Source: Macrostomum lignano (taxonomy: Eukaryota). Taken from it: DNA of 64,000 nucleotides. The notes beneath the pieces were generated by a model. The model worked only from the letters and a program-made list of their open reading frames with translations, was not told the origin of the DNA and made no database searches. This document shows, in pieces, positions 48,301 through 59,868 of this stretch. Both the position numbers and the translations under genes were made by a program. Within the stretch, counting starts at the first letter, position 1. Each line of letters starts with the position of its first letter. The stretch is taken from the NCBI GenBank assembly GCA_002269645.1, contig NIVC01001531.1, forward strand, positions 1 through 64,000. The letters are read 5' to 3'.

Positions 48301-51300
48301 GATTTGGACCTATAGTAGATGTCAGTTAGAAATCAATATCTAAAACCATCAAAATGGATATACAAAAGCAATATTTAATAATACTACTAACAGCCATCTC
48401 TGGTGTGCCATTCCATTTAGACTGAATAGTTCGCACCAAAGCGTGAAAAAAGGCCGGCATAGCGTGTTGCGGACAGCAGTCGCGCAGTACAGCAGGCTGC
48501 ATACTGACAGTATCCGGTGACATGTTGTCGCGTACAAACTCGTGCAGTCTATCAGCAAATATAGACAATGTACCGTCTGTGTGATTCATTAAAGTGCGCA
48601 GCATCTCTTGAATAAGATCGTCGACTTTGCTAATGCTGGCCTGATAGTCTGCTAGGCGAGATTGGGCTGAGGGGCCGAGGCGCCAGGCTATGCTGGGGGT
48701 GGCGTGCGGACTGTTGCTGTACTTCTCGCGTTTCGAGTCCTCCTGCGCGGCAATAGGGGTATATGGGGTGTTTTGCTGTGATAGAGAGTGGGGTAATTAA
48801 CAGAGTATGGTAAACTGTGGTAGAGTAAGGTAGGGTGTGGTAGAGTGGCATATAGTGTGATACAGTGGGTTAGGGTGTAGTAGAGTGGGGTAGGTGTGGT
48901 AAGATGTTAGACTCGGGTAGAGCATGGTAAGTGGTAGAGACCTAGGTATACATGCGCAACATTGGGAATCACCCGGCCGTTTCTATTGGCAACACATGTA
49001 AGTCGCTATTGGCTGAGAGCAGTCACGTGACTACTATTCAGTCCAGTAGCGACCTACGTGTCTGTGTTTCCAATAGAAACGGCCGGGTGAATCCCTAGGT
49101 TGCTCCCAAGCATGGACCTAGGGTAGAGCATGGTAGAGTGAGGTCGCGTGTGATAGAGTGGGGTAATGTGTTGTACAGTTGGGTAGACTATGGTAGGGTG
49201 TGATAGAGTAGACAAAATATGACAGAGTAGAGTAGGAAAGTGTGGTAGAGCGCATCAGTTTATGGGAGCACCCCAACTGCCAGCCGGAAAACTGCCAGCC
49301 GACAACTGCCAGTCGACAATTGCCAGCCGAGAAATCTGCCAGCCGACAAGTTCTAGCTAATTGAATCTAATGTAGCCTACTTATTAGCTAAGTAAAAAGC
49401 ACGAAACTGTTTGGCTAGCAAAAGGCTTGTGGGGTAGCCTTAAATGTCGCCCTTCCCTTTCCTAATTTTTTCAGATTTCCATTAGAAGTATATATGTGAA
49501 GGAGAAGGCATTCTGTAATGCCTATTGTAAATATTTCTGTATTGAAAGTTTATTTACTTTATTATTTAATTTGCGATTGCTTTATGACGCAATCCTAGAT
49601 AAGTGCCAAGAAATAAAGCTTTCAAAGAAAGAGCAAAGGCTACCTAAAATACGAAATTTGAATGCCTTCTCCTTCACATATATACTTCTAATGGAAATCT
49701 GAAAAAATTAGGGAAGGGAAGGGCGACATTTAAGGCTACCCCACAAGCCTTTTGCTAGCCAAACAGTTTCGTGCTTTTTACTTAGCTAATAAGTAGGCTA
49801 CAGTAGATTCAATTAGCTAGAACTTGTCGGCTGGCAGTTGTTGGCTGGCAGATTTCTCGGCTGGCCTTTTTTCGGCTGGCAGTTTTCTCGGCTGGCAGTT
49901 TTCCGGCTGGCAGTTTTCTCGGCTGGCAATTGTCGGCTGGCAGTTGTCGGCTGGCAGTTTTCCGGCTGGCAGTTGGGGTGGACCCTCAGTTTATAGAGGC
50001 GAATAGACTGAAGTGGGATGGATAGGAGAGGAAGTTAACCAATACACTTACAAAAATGTGCGGCTCCTTAGTGAACAGTAACTCCGGCAATTGATTAACA
50101 AAGCAGAACACTGGCAATTCCACGGTATCAAACAGTACAGAGGAGACTAAATAACGCCTAGCGCAATCGTGTCTGAGCATAGCCAATAGGATGGTCAGGC
50201 AGGTGCGCTGATGAGCGTAATCTCGGCTGGGATGGCTGTGACAGGTGGCGAATAGGGCCGACACGATGGAGGCTAAGGCGCGTTGGCAGGAGTCCCGCTG
50301 GAAATAAACAGCATATGAGTATATAATACTAGTTAATATTGCCCGTTGTGAATAAAGGGAGTCAGGTATCAGATATACCCAATATAATGAAAGTAAAGGC
50401 GAATCTCATAGTGGCTAGAGGGCGAATCTCATAGTGGCTAGAGGACGAATCTCATAGTGGCTAGAGGACGAATCTCATAGTGGCTAGAGGACGAATCTTA
50501 TAGTGGCTAGAGGACGAATCTCATAGTGGCTAGAGGACGAATCTCATAGTGGCTAGAGGACGAATCTCATAGTGGCTAGAGGACGAATCTCATAGTGGCT
50601 AGAGGACGAATCTCATAGTGGCTAGAGGACGAATCTCATAGTGGCTAGAGGACGAATCTCATAGTGGCTAGAGGACGAATCTTATAGTGGCTAGAGGACG
50701 AATCTCATAGTGGCTAGAGGACGAATCTCATAGTGGCTAGAGGACGAATCTCATAGTGGCTAGAGGACGAATCTCATAGTGGCTAGAGGACGAATCTCAT
50801 AGTGGCTAGAGGACGAATCTCATAGTGGCTAGAGGACGAATCTTATAGTGGCTAGAGGACGAATCTCATAGTGGCTAGAGGACGAATCTCATAGTGGCTA
50901 GAGGACGAATCTCATAGTGGCTAGAGGACGAATCTCATAGTGGCTAGAGGACGAATCTCATAGTGGCTAGAGGACGAATCTCATAGTGGCTAGAGGACGA
51001 TCTCATAGTAGCTAGAAAAACGGATCTCATAGTAGCTAAAGGACGAATCTCATAGTAGCTAAGAGACGAATCTCATAGTAGCTAAGAGACGAATCTCATA
51101 GTAGATAGTGGCTAGAGGACGAATCTCAAAGTAGTTAACTAAGGGACGAATCTCATAGTTAATGGAAGAAGGAAAAATATCATAGTAGCCAGTGCCTTTT
51201 TTGCTTACGTTAAAAACGAAAGCTTACCTGTAGAAAAGTACAAATGTACTGCACAATAACCTCCAAATGGCATTGCCTAGCCTGCGGCAAGCAATCGATA

Positions 51301-54300
51301 TCGCTAAATTTGGCCATCAACGGTAGAATGTATTTGGCAACTGTGTAGTCGCAGGTCTGCAATTATAAAAGGACACGGTGTACTTTTCTAATTAAATCTT
51401 AAACAGATATTAGTGAATGAATAAACATGTGCATAAACATATTCAGAGATAATTGCTTGATATCAACAGCTAATCCGAATAAACAAAGAGACAATTAATA
51501 TCTCTACGAATATTTGAAAAAGCTTCAAACGAACGAGACAATTCTCATCATGTAGGCTTTATGAATCGGATTCATAGGGGTTCATTAGGGTCGGATTAGT
51601 GGTTCTCCCAGGAGCAGATTAGTAGGGCGAGATTCTCTCATGAGCGGATTAATAGGGCGAGATTCTCTCAGTGGCGGATTAGTAGGGCGAGACTCTCTCA
51701 GGGGCGGATTAGTAGGGCGAGACTCTCTCATGAGCGGATTAGTGGGCCGAGACTCTCTCATGAGCGGATTAGTAGGGCGAGATTCTCTCAGGGGCGGATT
51801 AGTAGGGCGAGACTCTCTCAGGGGCGGATTAGTGGGCCGAGACTCTCTCAGGGGCGGATTAGTAGGGCGAGATTCTCTCATGAGCGGATTAGTAGGGCGA
51901 AACTCTCTCAGTGGCGGATTAGTAGGGCGAGATTCTCTCATGAGCGGATTAGTCGGGCGAGATTCTCTCATGAGCGGATTAATAGGGCGAGACTCTCTCA
52001 GTGGCGGATTAGTAGGGCGAGATTCTCTCATGAACGGATTAGTAGGGCGAGATTCTCTCATGAGTGGATTAGTAGGGCGAGATTCTCTCAGGGGCGGATT
52101 AATAGGGCGAGATTCTCTCAGGGGCGGATTAGTAGGGCGAGATTCTCTCATGAGCGGATTAATAGGGCGAGATTCTCTCATGAGCGGATTAATAGGGCGA
52201 GATTCTCTCATGAGCGGATTAGTAGGGCGAGATTCTCTCAGGGGCGGATTAGTAGGGCGAGACTCTCTCAGTGGCGGATTGGTTAAAAGACTAGAGGCTT
52301 TATCTAGATCTCATAGCTTTATCTAGAAGCTTTACAAAAAGAGAAAATATTGGTACTAATTCTTACCAATCCCTGTTCGATAAGTGGCACCAAATGCGAA
52401 GCAATCAACCAGCAAGTTGAATCTCTACTTCTAGTAGTAGCTGATGACGAGGCGGTGGTAGCAACAGACGAAACACCAGCTGACGCGACATTTGATGCGG
52501 AACCAGTATTGCCGCTGTGCATTGGCGCAGCTGGTTGAACAGGTTCTTGTAAACTGGCTCCAGTAACCTTAGTAGCAGCCGAGGCATCGTTGCGTGTGTC
52601 TGCGGCTAACGGTATCAGCCGCTCTAAATGCGACAGCACAGGCACTAGGCGAGTTTCTAAACGTAGCGGCGGCGCTTGCAACGGTTGATAATCCTCCGGA
52701 ATCGGGTAGCTGCAGTAGACAAAAATAGTAAAGTTTTTATAGAGTTAAAACTCTATGCTAACCTACTGTTAGTAGCAGGATGATAAATTGCTGGTGATTA
52801 AATACCCGATACTCAAACTACTGTTAGTAGTAAGAAGATTAGATTGCTGGTGATTAAATACCCGATACTCAAACTACTGTTAGTAGTAAGAAGATTAGAT
52901 TGCTGGTAATTAAATACCCGATACTCAAACTACTGTTAGTAGTAAGAAGATTAGATTGCTGGTGATTAAATACCCGATACTCAAACTACTGTTAGTAGTA
53001 AGAAGATTAGATTGCTGGTGATTAAATACCCGATAACTCAATCTACTGTTAGTAGTAAGATGATTAGATTGCTGGTAATTAAATACCCGATACTCAAACT
53101 ACTGTTAGTAGTAAGAAGATTAGATTTCTGGTGATTAAATACCCGATAACTCAATCTACTGTTAGTAGTAAGAAGATTAGATTGCTGGTAATTAAATACC
53201 CGATACTTAATCTACTGTTAGTAGTAAGATGATTAGATCGCTGGTAATTAAATACCCGATACTCAACCTATAATATTCATAGTAGCCGATAATAGTAGCA
53301 AGATGATACGTAGATTTCTGTTAGTTTAACACCCTAAAACTGAACCTCGATAAAACCTACTAACAGTAGAACCAGATCTAAGACATTTTGCAACAAGAAA
53401 CTTACGCAAAAGGCACGTCGCCAAAATTCAGAAACGCTGCCTGGCCTCGAGCTACGCTCAAAGCTGGAAAGTACGCGACGCCGGGACCCAGACGAACATT
53501 ATCGAAAGCAACGCCCAGGCTGCGTCCGTTGCGATAGAACGACACGACGCCTTCGTCGCAGTCGATGCAGCAAGTGATGACGTCGTGAGGTAGCCAGGGC
53601 TGTTTAGATGTGAAAAAAATGATAAACAAAAACTGTGATCAGTTAAACAGTTTATGAAGTGCTCTATTTTTGGATTAATGGATTAGAGATATCTTAACAA
53701 CAAATCAATTCCAAATCAGAGTATACGCTTTGATATCAATAGCCATTCCAAGACGTTAGCAAAATTTAATAAATAAAAATCAAATTTTGCACTGTATTGG
53801 ACAGCGTTCAAACGAACGAGACAATTCTCATCATGTTTGTCTGTGCATGTTTTTTTCTATTATTTGAACTCATGTTTCCAAGACAAAAGTTTAACAAACT
53901 GACAGTTTATTGCGACTAAACACCAGTCCCTCTTCTCGAAATCCCATTTTATCGAAATCTTAATTTGTCTTCCACAAATCCGATTTCCTCTTTCCCAAAT
54001 CCCACAATCACTTTGCCAAATCCCAGTCCCTCATCCTCTCTTCCCACTCCCTCTTCCCTTAATCCAACTCCATCTTCCCCGAATCCCAGTCGCTCTTCCT
54101 TAACTCCCAGTCCCTCTTCTCCAATCCCAGTCCCTCTTCCTCCAAATCCCACTCCCTCTTCTCCAATCCCAGTCCCTCTTCCTCCAAATCCCACTCCCTC
54201 TTCCCTGAATCCCAGTCCCTCTTCCTCCAAATCCCACTCCCTCTTCCCCGAATCCCAGTCCCTCTTCCTCCAAATCCCACTCCCTCTTCCCCGAATCCCA

Positions 54301-57300
54301 GTCCCTCTTCCTCCAAATCCCACTCCCTCTTCCTCCAAATCCCAGTCCCTATTCCCCGAATCCCAGTCCCTCTTCCTCCAAATCCCAGTCCCTATTCCCC
54401 GAATCCCAGTCCCTCTTCCTCCAAATCCCAGTCCCTCTTCCCCGAATCCCAGTCCCTCTTCCCTGTCTTCCACAAATCCGATTTCCTCTTTCCCAAATCC
54501 CACTCCCTCTTCCCCAAATCCAACTCAATCTTCCCCGAATCCCACTCCCTCTTCCCCGAATCCCACTCCCTCTTCCCCGAATCCCACTCCCTCTTCCCCG
54601 AATCCCACTCCCTCTTCCCCGAATCCCAGTCCCTCTTCCTCCAAATCCCACTCCCTCTTCCCCGAATCCCAGTCCCTCTTCCTCCAAATCCCACTCCCTC
54701 TTCCCCGAATCCCAGTCCCTCTTCCTCCAAATCCCACTCCCTCTTCCTCCAAATCCCACTCCCTCTTCCTCCAAATCCCAGTCCCTATTCCCCGAATCCC
54801 AGTCCCTCTTCCTCCAAATCCCAGTCCCTATTTCCCGAATCCCAGTCCCTCTTCCTCCAAATCCCAGTCCCTCTTCCCCGAATCCCAGTCCCTCTTCCCT
54901 GTCTTCCACAAATCCGATTTCCTCTTTCCCAAATCCCACTCCCTCTTCCCCAAATCCAACTCAATCTTCCCCGAATCCCACTCCCTCTTCCCCGAATCCC
55001 ACTCCCTCTTCCCCGAATCCCACTCCCTCTTCCTCCAAATCCCAGTCCCTATTCCCCGAATCCCACTCCCTCTTCCCCGAATCCCACTCCCTCTTCCCCG
55101 AATCCCACTCCCTCTTCCTCCAAATCACAGTCCCTATTCCCCGAATCCCAGTCCCTCTTCCTCCAAATCCCAGTTCCTCTTCCCCGAATCCCAGTCCCTC
55201 TTCCTCCAAATCCCAGTTCCTCTTCCCCGAATCCCACTCCCTCTACCTCTAAATCCCACCCCTCTTCCCCAAATCCAACTCAATCTTCCCCGAATCCTAC
55301 TCCCTCTACCTCCAAATCCCACCCACTCTTCCCCAAATCCAACTCAATCTTCCCTATATTCTACTCCCTCTTCTCCGAATCCCAGTACCTCTGCCTTAAA
55401 TCCCACTGTCTCTTTTCCCTGAATCCCACTGTCTTTCACTCTTTCTTCTCCAAATTCCCAGACCCTCCGTCCAAAATCCTACTCCCTCCTCCCGAAACCC
55501 CAGTCTCTTTTCCCAAATCCCACTGTTTCTTCCAAAATCCCACTCCCTCTTCGCTAATCCCCACTCCTAGGACCGGTACAAACCTCTCCGTAAGTTCCAA
55601 ATTTGGCGTTCCATTTCCGCACCCTGGAGCCGTCATAGGAAAACGAATTTGGCGTGTCACCGACGCCGTTCTGAAAATAAAAAGTAAAATTGCAATTAGC
55701 TCGTATTGCTTAAATAACAATAATAATAAAGCCTATTGCAAGACAGATTTAAATATAAATTAGGACCGATTGTACTACTGTAGATAAGAAACAAATCTCT
55801 TCAGATATCAAACAAATCTCATGGAAGCTAAGAAACGAATCTCATCAGATAAGAAACGAATCTCATGCAAGGTAGCAAACAAATCTCATGGAAGATAAGA
55901 AACTAATCTCATGGAAGCTGAAAAACGAATCTGATCAGATAAGAAACGAATCTCATGGACGCTACGAAACGAATCTAATGAAAGCTAAGAAACGAATCTG
56001 ATGGAAGCTAAGAGACGAATCTGATGGAAGCTAAGAGACGAATCTCATGGAAGCTAAGAAACGAATCTGATGGAAGCTAAGAGACGAATCTGATGGAAGC
56101 TAAGAGACGAATCTCATGGAAGCTAAGAAACGAATCTGATGGAAGCTAAGAGACGAATCTGATGGAAGCTAAGAGACGAATCTAATGGACGCTACGAAAC
56201 GAATCTGATGGAAGCTAAGAGACGAATCTCATGGAAGCTAAGAAACGAATCTGATGGAAGCTAAGAGACGAATCTGATGGAAGCTAAGAGACGAATCTCA
56301 TGGAAGCTAAGAAACGAATCTGATGGAAGCTAAGAGACGAATCTGATGGAAGCTAAGAGACGAATCTGATGGAAGCTAAGAGACGAATCTGATGGAAGCT
56401 AAGAGACGAATCTGATGGAAGCTAAGAGACGAATCTAATGGAAGCTAAGAGACGAATCTCATGGAAGCTAAGAAACGAATCTGATGGAAGCTAAGAGACG
56501 AATCTGATGGAAGCTAAGAGACGAATCTGATGGAAGCTAAGAGACGAATCTAATGGAAGCTAAGAAACGAATCTGATGGAAGCTAAGAGACGAATCTGAT
56601 GGAAGCTAAGAGACGAATCTAATGGAAGCTAAGAGACGAATCTCATGGAAGCTAAGAAACGAATCTGATGGAAGCTAACTTCTAAGAGACGAATCTCATG
56701 GAAGCTAGAAGACGAATCTAATGGAAGCTAAGAAACGAATCTGATGGAAGCTAAGAGACGAATCTCATGGAAGCTAAGAGACGAATCTGATGGAAGCTAA
56801 GAGACGAATCTGATGGAAGCTAAGAGACGAATCTCATGGAAGACAAGAACGAATCTGATGGAAGCTAAGAGACGAATCTAATGGAAGCTAAGAGACGAAT
56901 CTCATGGAAGCTAAGAAACGAATCTGATGGAAGCTAACTTCTAAGAGACGAATCTCATGGAAGCTAAGAGACGAATCTGATGGAAGCTAAGAGACGAATC
57001 TAATGGAAGCTAAGAGACGAATCTCATGGAAGCTAAGAAACGAATCTGATGGAAGCTAAGAGACGAATCTGATGGAAGCTAAGAGACGAATCTGATGGAA
57101 GCTAAGAGACGAATCTAATGGAAGCTAAGAAACGAATCTGATGGAAGCTAAGAGACGAATCTGATGGAAGCTAAGAGACGAATCTAATGGAAGCTAAGAG
57201 ACGAATCTCATGGAAGCTAAGAAACGAATCTGATGGAAGCTAACTTCTAAGAGACGAATCTCATGGAAGCTAGAAGACGAATCTGATGGAAGCTAAGAGA

Positions 57301-59868
57301 CGAATCTGATGGAAGCTAAGAGACGAATCTAATGGAAGCTAAGAAACGAATCTGATGGAAGCTAAGAGACGAATCTGATGGAAGCTAAGAGACGAATCTA
57401 ATGGAAGCTAAGAGACGAATCTCATGGAAGCTAAGAAACGAATCTGATGGAAGCTAACTTCTAAGAGACGAATCTCATGGAAGCTAGAAGACGAATCTAA
57501 TGGAAGCTAAGAAACGAATCTGATGGAAGCTAAGAGACGAATCTCATGGAAGCTAAGAGACGAATCTGATGGAAGCTAAGAGACGAATCTGATGGAAGCT
57601 AAGAGACGAATCTCATGGAAGACAAGAACGAATCTGATGGAAGCTAAGAGACGAATCTAATGGAAGCTAAGAGACGAATCTCATGGAAGCTAAGAAACGA
57701 ATCTGATGGAAGCTAACTTCTAAGAGACGAATCTCATGGAAGCTAGAAGACGAATCTAATGGAAGCTAAGAAACGAATCTGATGGAAGCTAAGAGACGAA
57801 TCTCATGGAAGCTAAGAAACGAATCTGATGGAAGCTAAGAGACGAATCTGATGGAAGCTAAGAGACGAATCTAATGGACGCTACGAAACGAATCTGATGG
57901 AAGCTAAGAGACGAATCTCATGGAAGCTAAGAAACGAATCTGATGGAAGCTAAGAGACGAATCTGATGGAAGCTAAGAGACGAATCTGATGGAAGCTAAG
58001 AGACGAATCTAATGGAAGCTAAGAGACGAATCTCATGGAAGCTAAGAAACGAATCTGATGGAAGCTAAGAGACGAATCTGATGGAAGCTAAGAGACGAAT
58101 CTGATGGAAGCTAAGAGACGAATCTAATGGAAGCTAAGAAACGAATCTGATGGAAGCTAAGAGACGAATCTGATGGAAGCTAAGAGACGAATCTAATGGA
58201 AGCTAAGAGACGAATCTCATGGAAGCTAAGAAACGAATCTGATGGAAGCTAACTTCTAAGAGACGAATCTCATGGAAGCTAGAAGACGAATCTAATGGAA
58301 GCTAAGAAACGAATCTGATGGAAGCTAAGAGACGAATCTCATGGAAGCTAAGAGACGAATCTGATGGAAGCTAAGAGACGAATCTGATGGAAGCTAAGAG
58401 ACGAATCTCATGGAAGACAAGAACGAATCTGATGGAAGCTAAGAGACGAATCTAATGGAAGCTAAGAGACGAATCTCATGGAAGCTAAGAGACGAATCTG
58501 ATGGAAGCTAAGAGACGAATCTGATGGAAGCTAAGAGACGAATCTCATGGAAGACAAGAACGAATCTGATGGAAGCTAAGAGACGAATCTAATGGAAGCT
58601 AAGAGACGAATCTCATGGAAGCTAAGAAACGAATCTGATGGAAGCTAACTTCTAAGAGACGAATCTCATGGAAGCTAGAAGACGAATCTAATGGAAGCTA
58701 AGAAACGAATCTGATGGAAGCTAAGAGACGAATCTCATGGAAGCTAAGAGACGAATCTCATGGAAGACAAGAACGAATCTGATGGAAGCTAATATGATAA
58801 AAAATGTGCGCCATAAAGATAATTATGGCCCAAATAGTGAACCAATTACCTCTCTGGAAAAGGTACACTTCAAGGTGCACCAGCCAATCTGCATCAGCCC
58901 GCCTGTACACAATCGCGTCTCGTAGCACCATTTGCCGCTATAGACGCAACAATTAGCTCGAGCTGTGCTAAACGAACTGTGCCCAACAACTAATTGGCGG
59001 CGCTGATCCAATAGCACCTGGCCGCCGATGTTGGTCTCGGAGTCTAATTGTACTTTTGTTGGACCTAAACGGCCGCTATTGAAAGCTTTGAGGGCAGCTG
59101 GAATGTAGAGGATTTAGGTAAATTTGATCTTAGATCAGAATTACAACGGTTTTAATCTATGGGAATATGGATTATTAGGTGTGGGATTTGGGATTATTAG
59201 CTGTGGGATTTGAGATTATTGGCCTGTAGGACTTGGGACTATTAGCTGTGGGATTTAGGATTATTAGCTGTGGGATTTAGGATTATTAGCTGTGCGATTT
59301 GGGATTATTAGCTGTGGGATTTGGCATTATTAGCTGTGGGATTTGGGATTATTAGCTGTGGGATTTGGCATTATTAGCTGTGGGATTTGGGATTATTAGC
59401 TGTGGGATTTGGGATTATTAGCATAGGATTTGAGGGTTTGCTTGCAATCTTGCAGACACAGGGATAGAGAATATCAAGAAAGACAGCTAAGAAAAAGAAA
59501 TTAACAGGACTAAACCTAAAAGCAGTACTCACAGTTAATTTTTGCCTCATCAATAGAATCTGAAATAGTTTGCTTTATATATTCGCTCAAATTAGTCAGG
59601 GACCATTCTGATGACCTGGAATGATAGTTTCATTTTAAAATCCAATAGTGCACTGAGGAAAGTGCTAGTTAATATTGTTTTAATTATTTTTCAGACATAC
59701 ATTTTAAAAAAACTCACTTAGAATTGCTGAGCAACTCAGGAAAGACATGATTGAGTAGTGCATCATGGTCAGCTTGAGTAAACATGGATGAATCTAAAAC
59801 ATATAAACAATGCTGATTTTAGATCTTGCTTATGGATAAAATTTGATATTGAAAAACTTACCTGTCAT
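42331..59868 (-). CDS. RNF123: E3 ubiquitin ligase RNF123/KPC1 (SPRY plus C-terminal RING), 1364 aa, 15 coding exons
   Basis: Exons 59868-59862, 59793-59718, 59615-59533, 59097-58850, 55670-55584, 53599-53406, 52709-52367, 51356-51228, 50297-50052, 48742-48392, 47522-47187, 46115-45386, 45080-44649, 43926-43610, 42846-42331. Total 4095 nt, all GT-AG, phases consistent. SPRY motifs ([37 protein letters not shown]), [44 protein letters not shown]. Confidence 0.95.
43040..43590. repeat. 24/30-bp minisatellite ATRGCAACACAGATCCCATCTCCC (RNF123 intron 14)
   Basis: Tandem imperfect copies. Confidence 0.93.
44030..44600. repeat. 25-bp minisatellite GGGAATAGGATCAGTTTGAGGATCT (intron 13)
   Basis: TTTGAGG recurs at 44281 and 44306. 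Confidence 0.93.
45205..45380. repeat. (CAGA)n microsatellite, i.e. (TCTG)n on the sense strand (intron 12)
   Basis: Directly follows the donor GTGAGT at 45385 on the minus strand. Confidence 0.95.
46135..47125. repeat. 28-bp minisatellite GGGAGGCTGGTCCAGCAACTGACACTCT (intron 11)
   Basis: Fills nearly the whole intron; source of ORFs 46116-47123. Confidence 0.96.
47600..48285. repeat. 24-25 bp minisatellite GGGGTTCGAATCTCTATGAAGGTCT (intron 10)
   Basis: Tandem imperfect copies. Confidence 0.94.
48964..49095. mobile_element. Small palindromic (hairpin) element or MITE in intron 9
   Basis: GGGAATCACCCGGCCGTTTCTATTGG ... CCAATAGAAACGGCCGGGTGAATCCC; imperfect arms with GTCACGTGAC (49022-49031) near the centre. 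Exact ends and TSD unclear. Confidence 0.7.
49264..49985. mobile_element. Foldback, Mutator-like element with long modular TIRs (intron 9)
   Basis: Arms 49264-49513 and 49660-49985, nearly identical in their inner part; outer parts built of GCCAGCCG-type subrepeats (more copies on the right). Perfect 9-bp TSD TCAGTTTAT (49255-49263, 49986-49994). Confidence 0.92.
50395..51160. repeat. 23-bp minisatellite GAATCTCATAGTGGCTAGAGGAC (intron 8)
   Basis: Near-perfect to about 51000. Confidence 0.97.
51575..52280. repeat. 30-bp minisatellite GGGCGAGATTCTCTCATGAGCGGATTAGTA (intron 7)
   Basis: Exact 30-bp register; source of ORFs 51585-52326. Confidence 0.97.
52765..53270. repeat. 56-bp minisatellite (intron 6)
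   Basis: CCCGAT recurs at 52805 and 52861. Confidence 0.95.
53925..55565. repeat. C-rich 21-24 bp repeat (CCCGAATCCCACTCCCTCTTC and variants; intron 5)
   Basis: 1.6 kb; source of the 485-aa Pro/Ser ORF. Confidence 0.95.
55780..58795. repeat. 23-bp minisatellite GAATCTGATGGAAGCTAAGAGAC (intron 4), 3 kb
   Basis: Tandem copies with variant units arranged in higher-order blocks. Confidence 0.98.
59160..59430. repeat. 22-bp minisatellite GGGATTATTAGCTGTGGGATTT (intron 3)
   Basis: ATTAGC recurs at 59351 and 59373. Confidence 0.93.

Noticed and set aside
51585-52326. ([10 protein letters not shown])n and (GLVGRDSL)n ORFs
   Set aside because: 30-bp array in intron 7, open on both strands simply because the unit is a multiple of 3.
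53965-55422. 485-aa Pro/Ser-rich ORF and antisense Gly/Glu-rich ORFs
   Set aside because: Translation of the C-rich array inside RNF123 intron 5.
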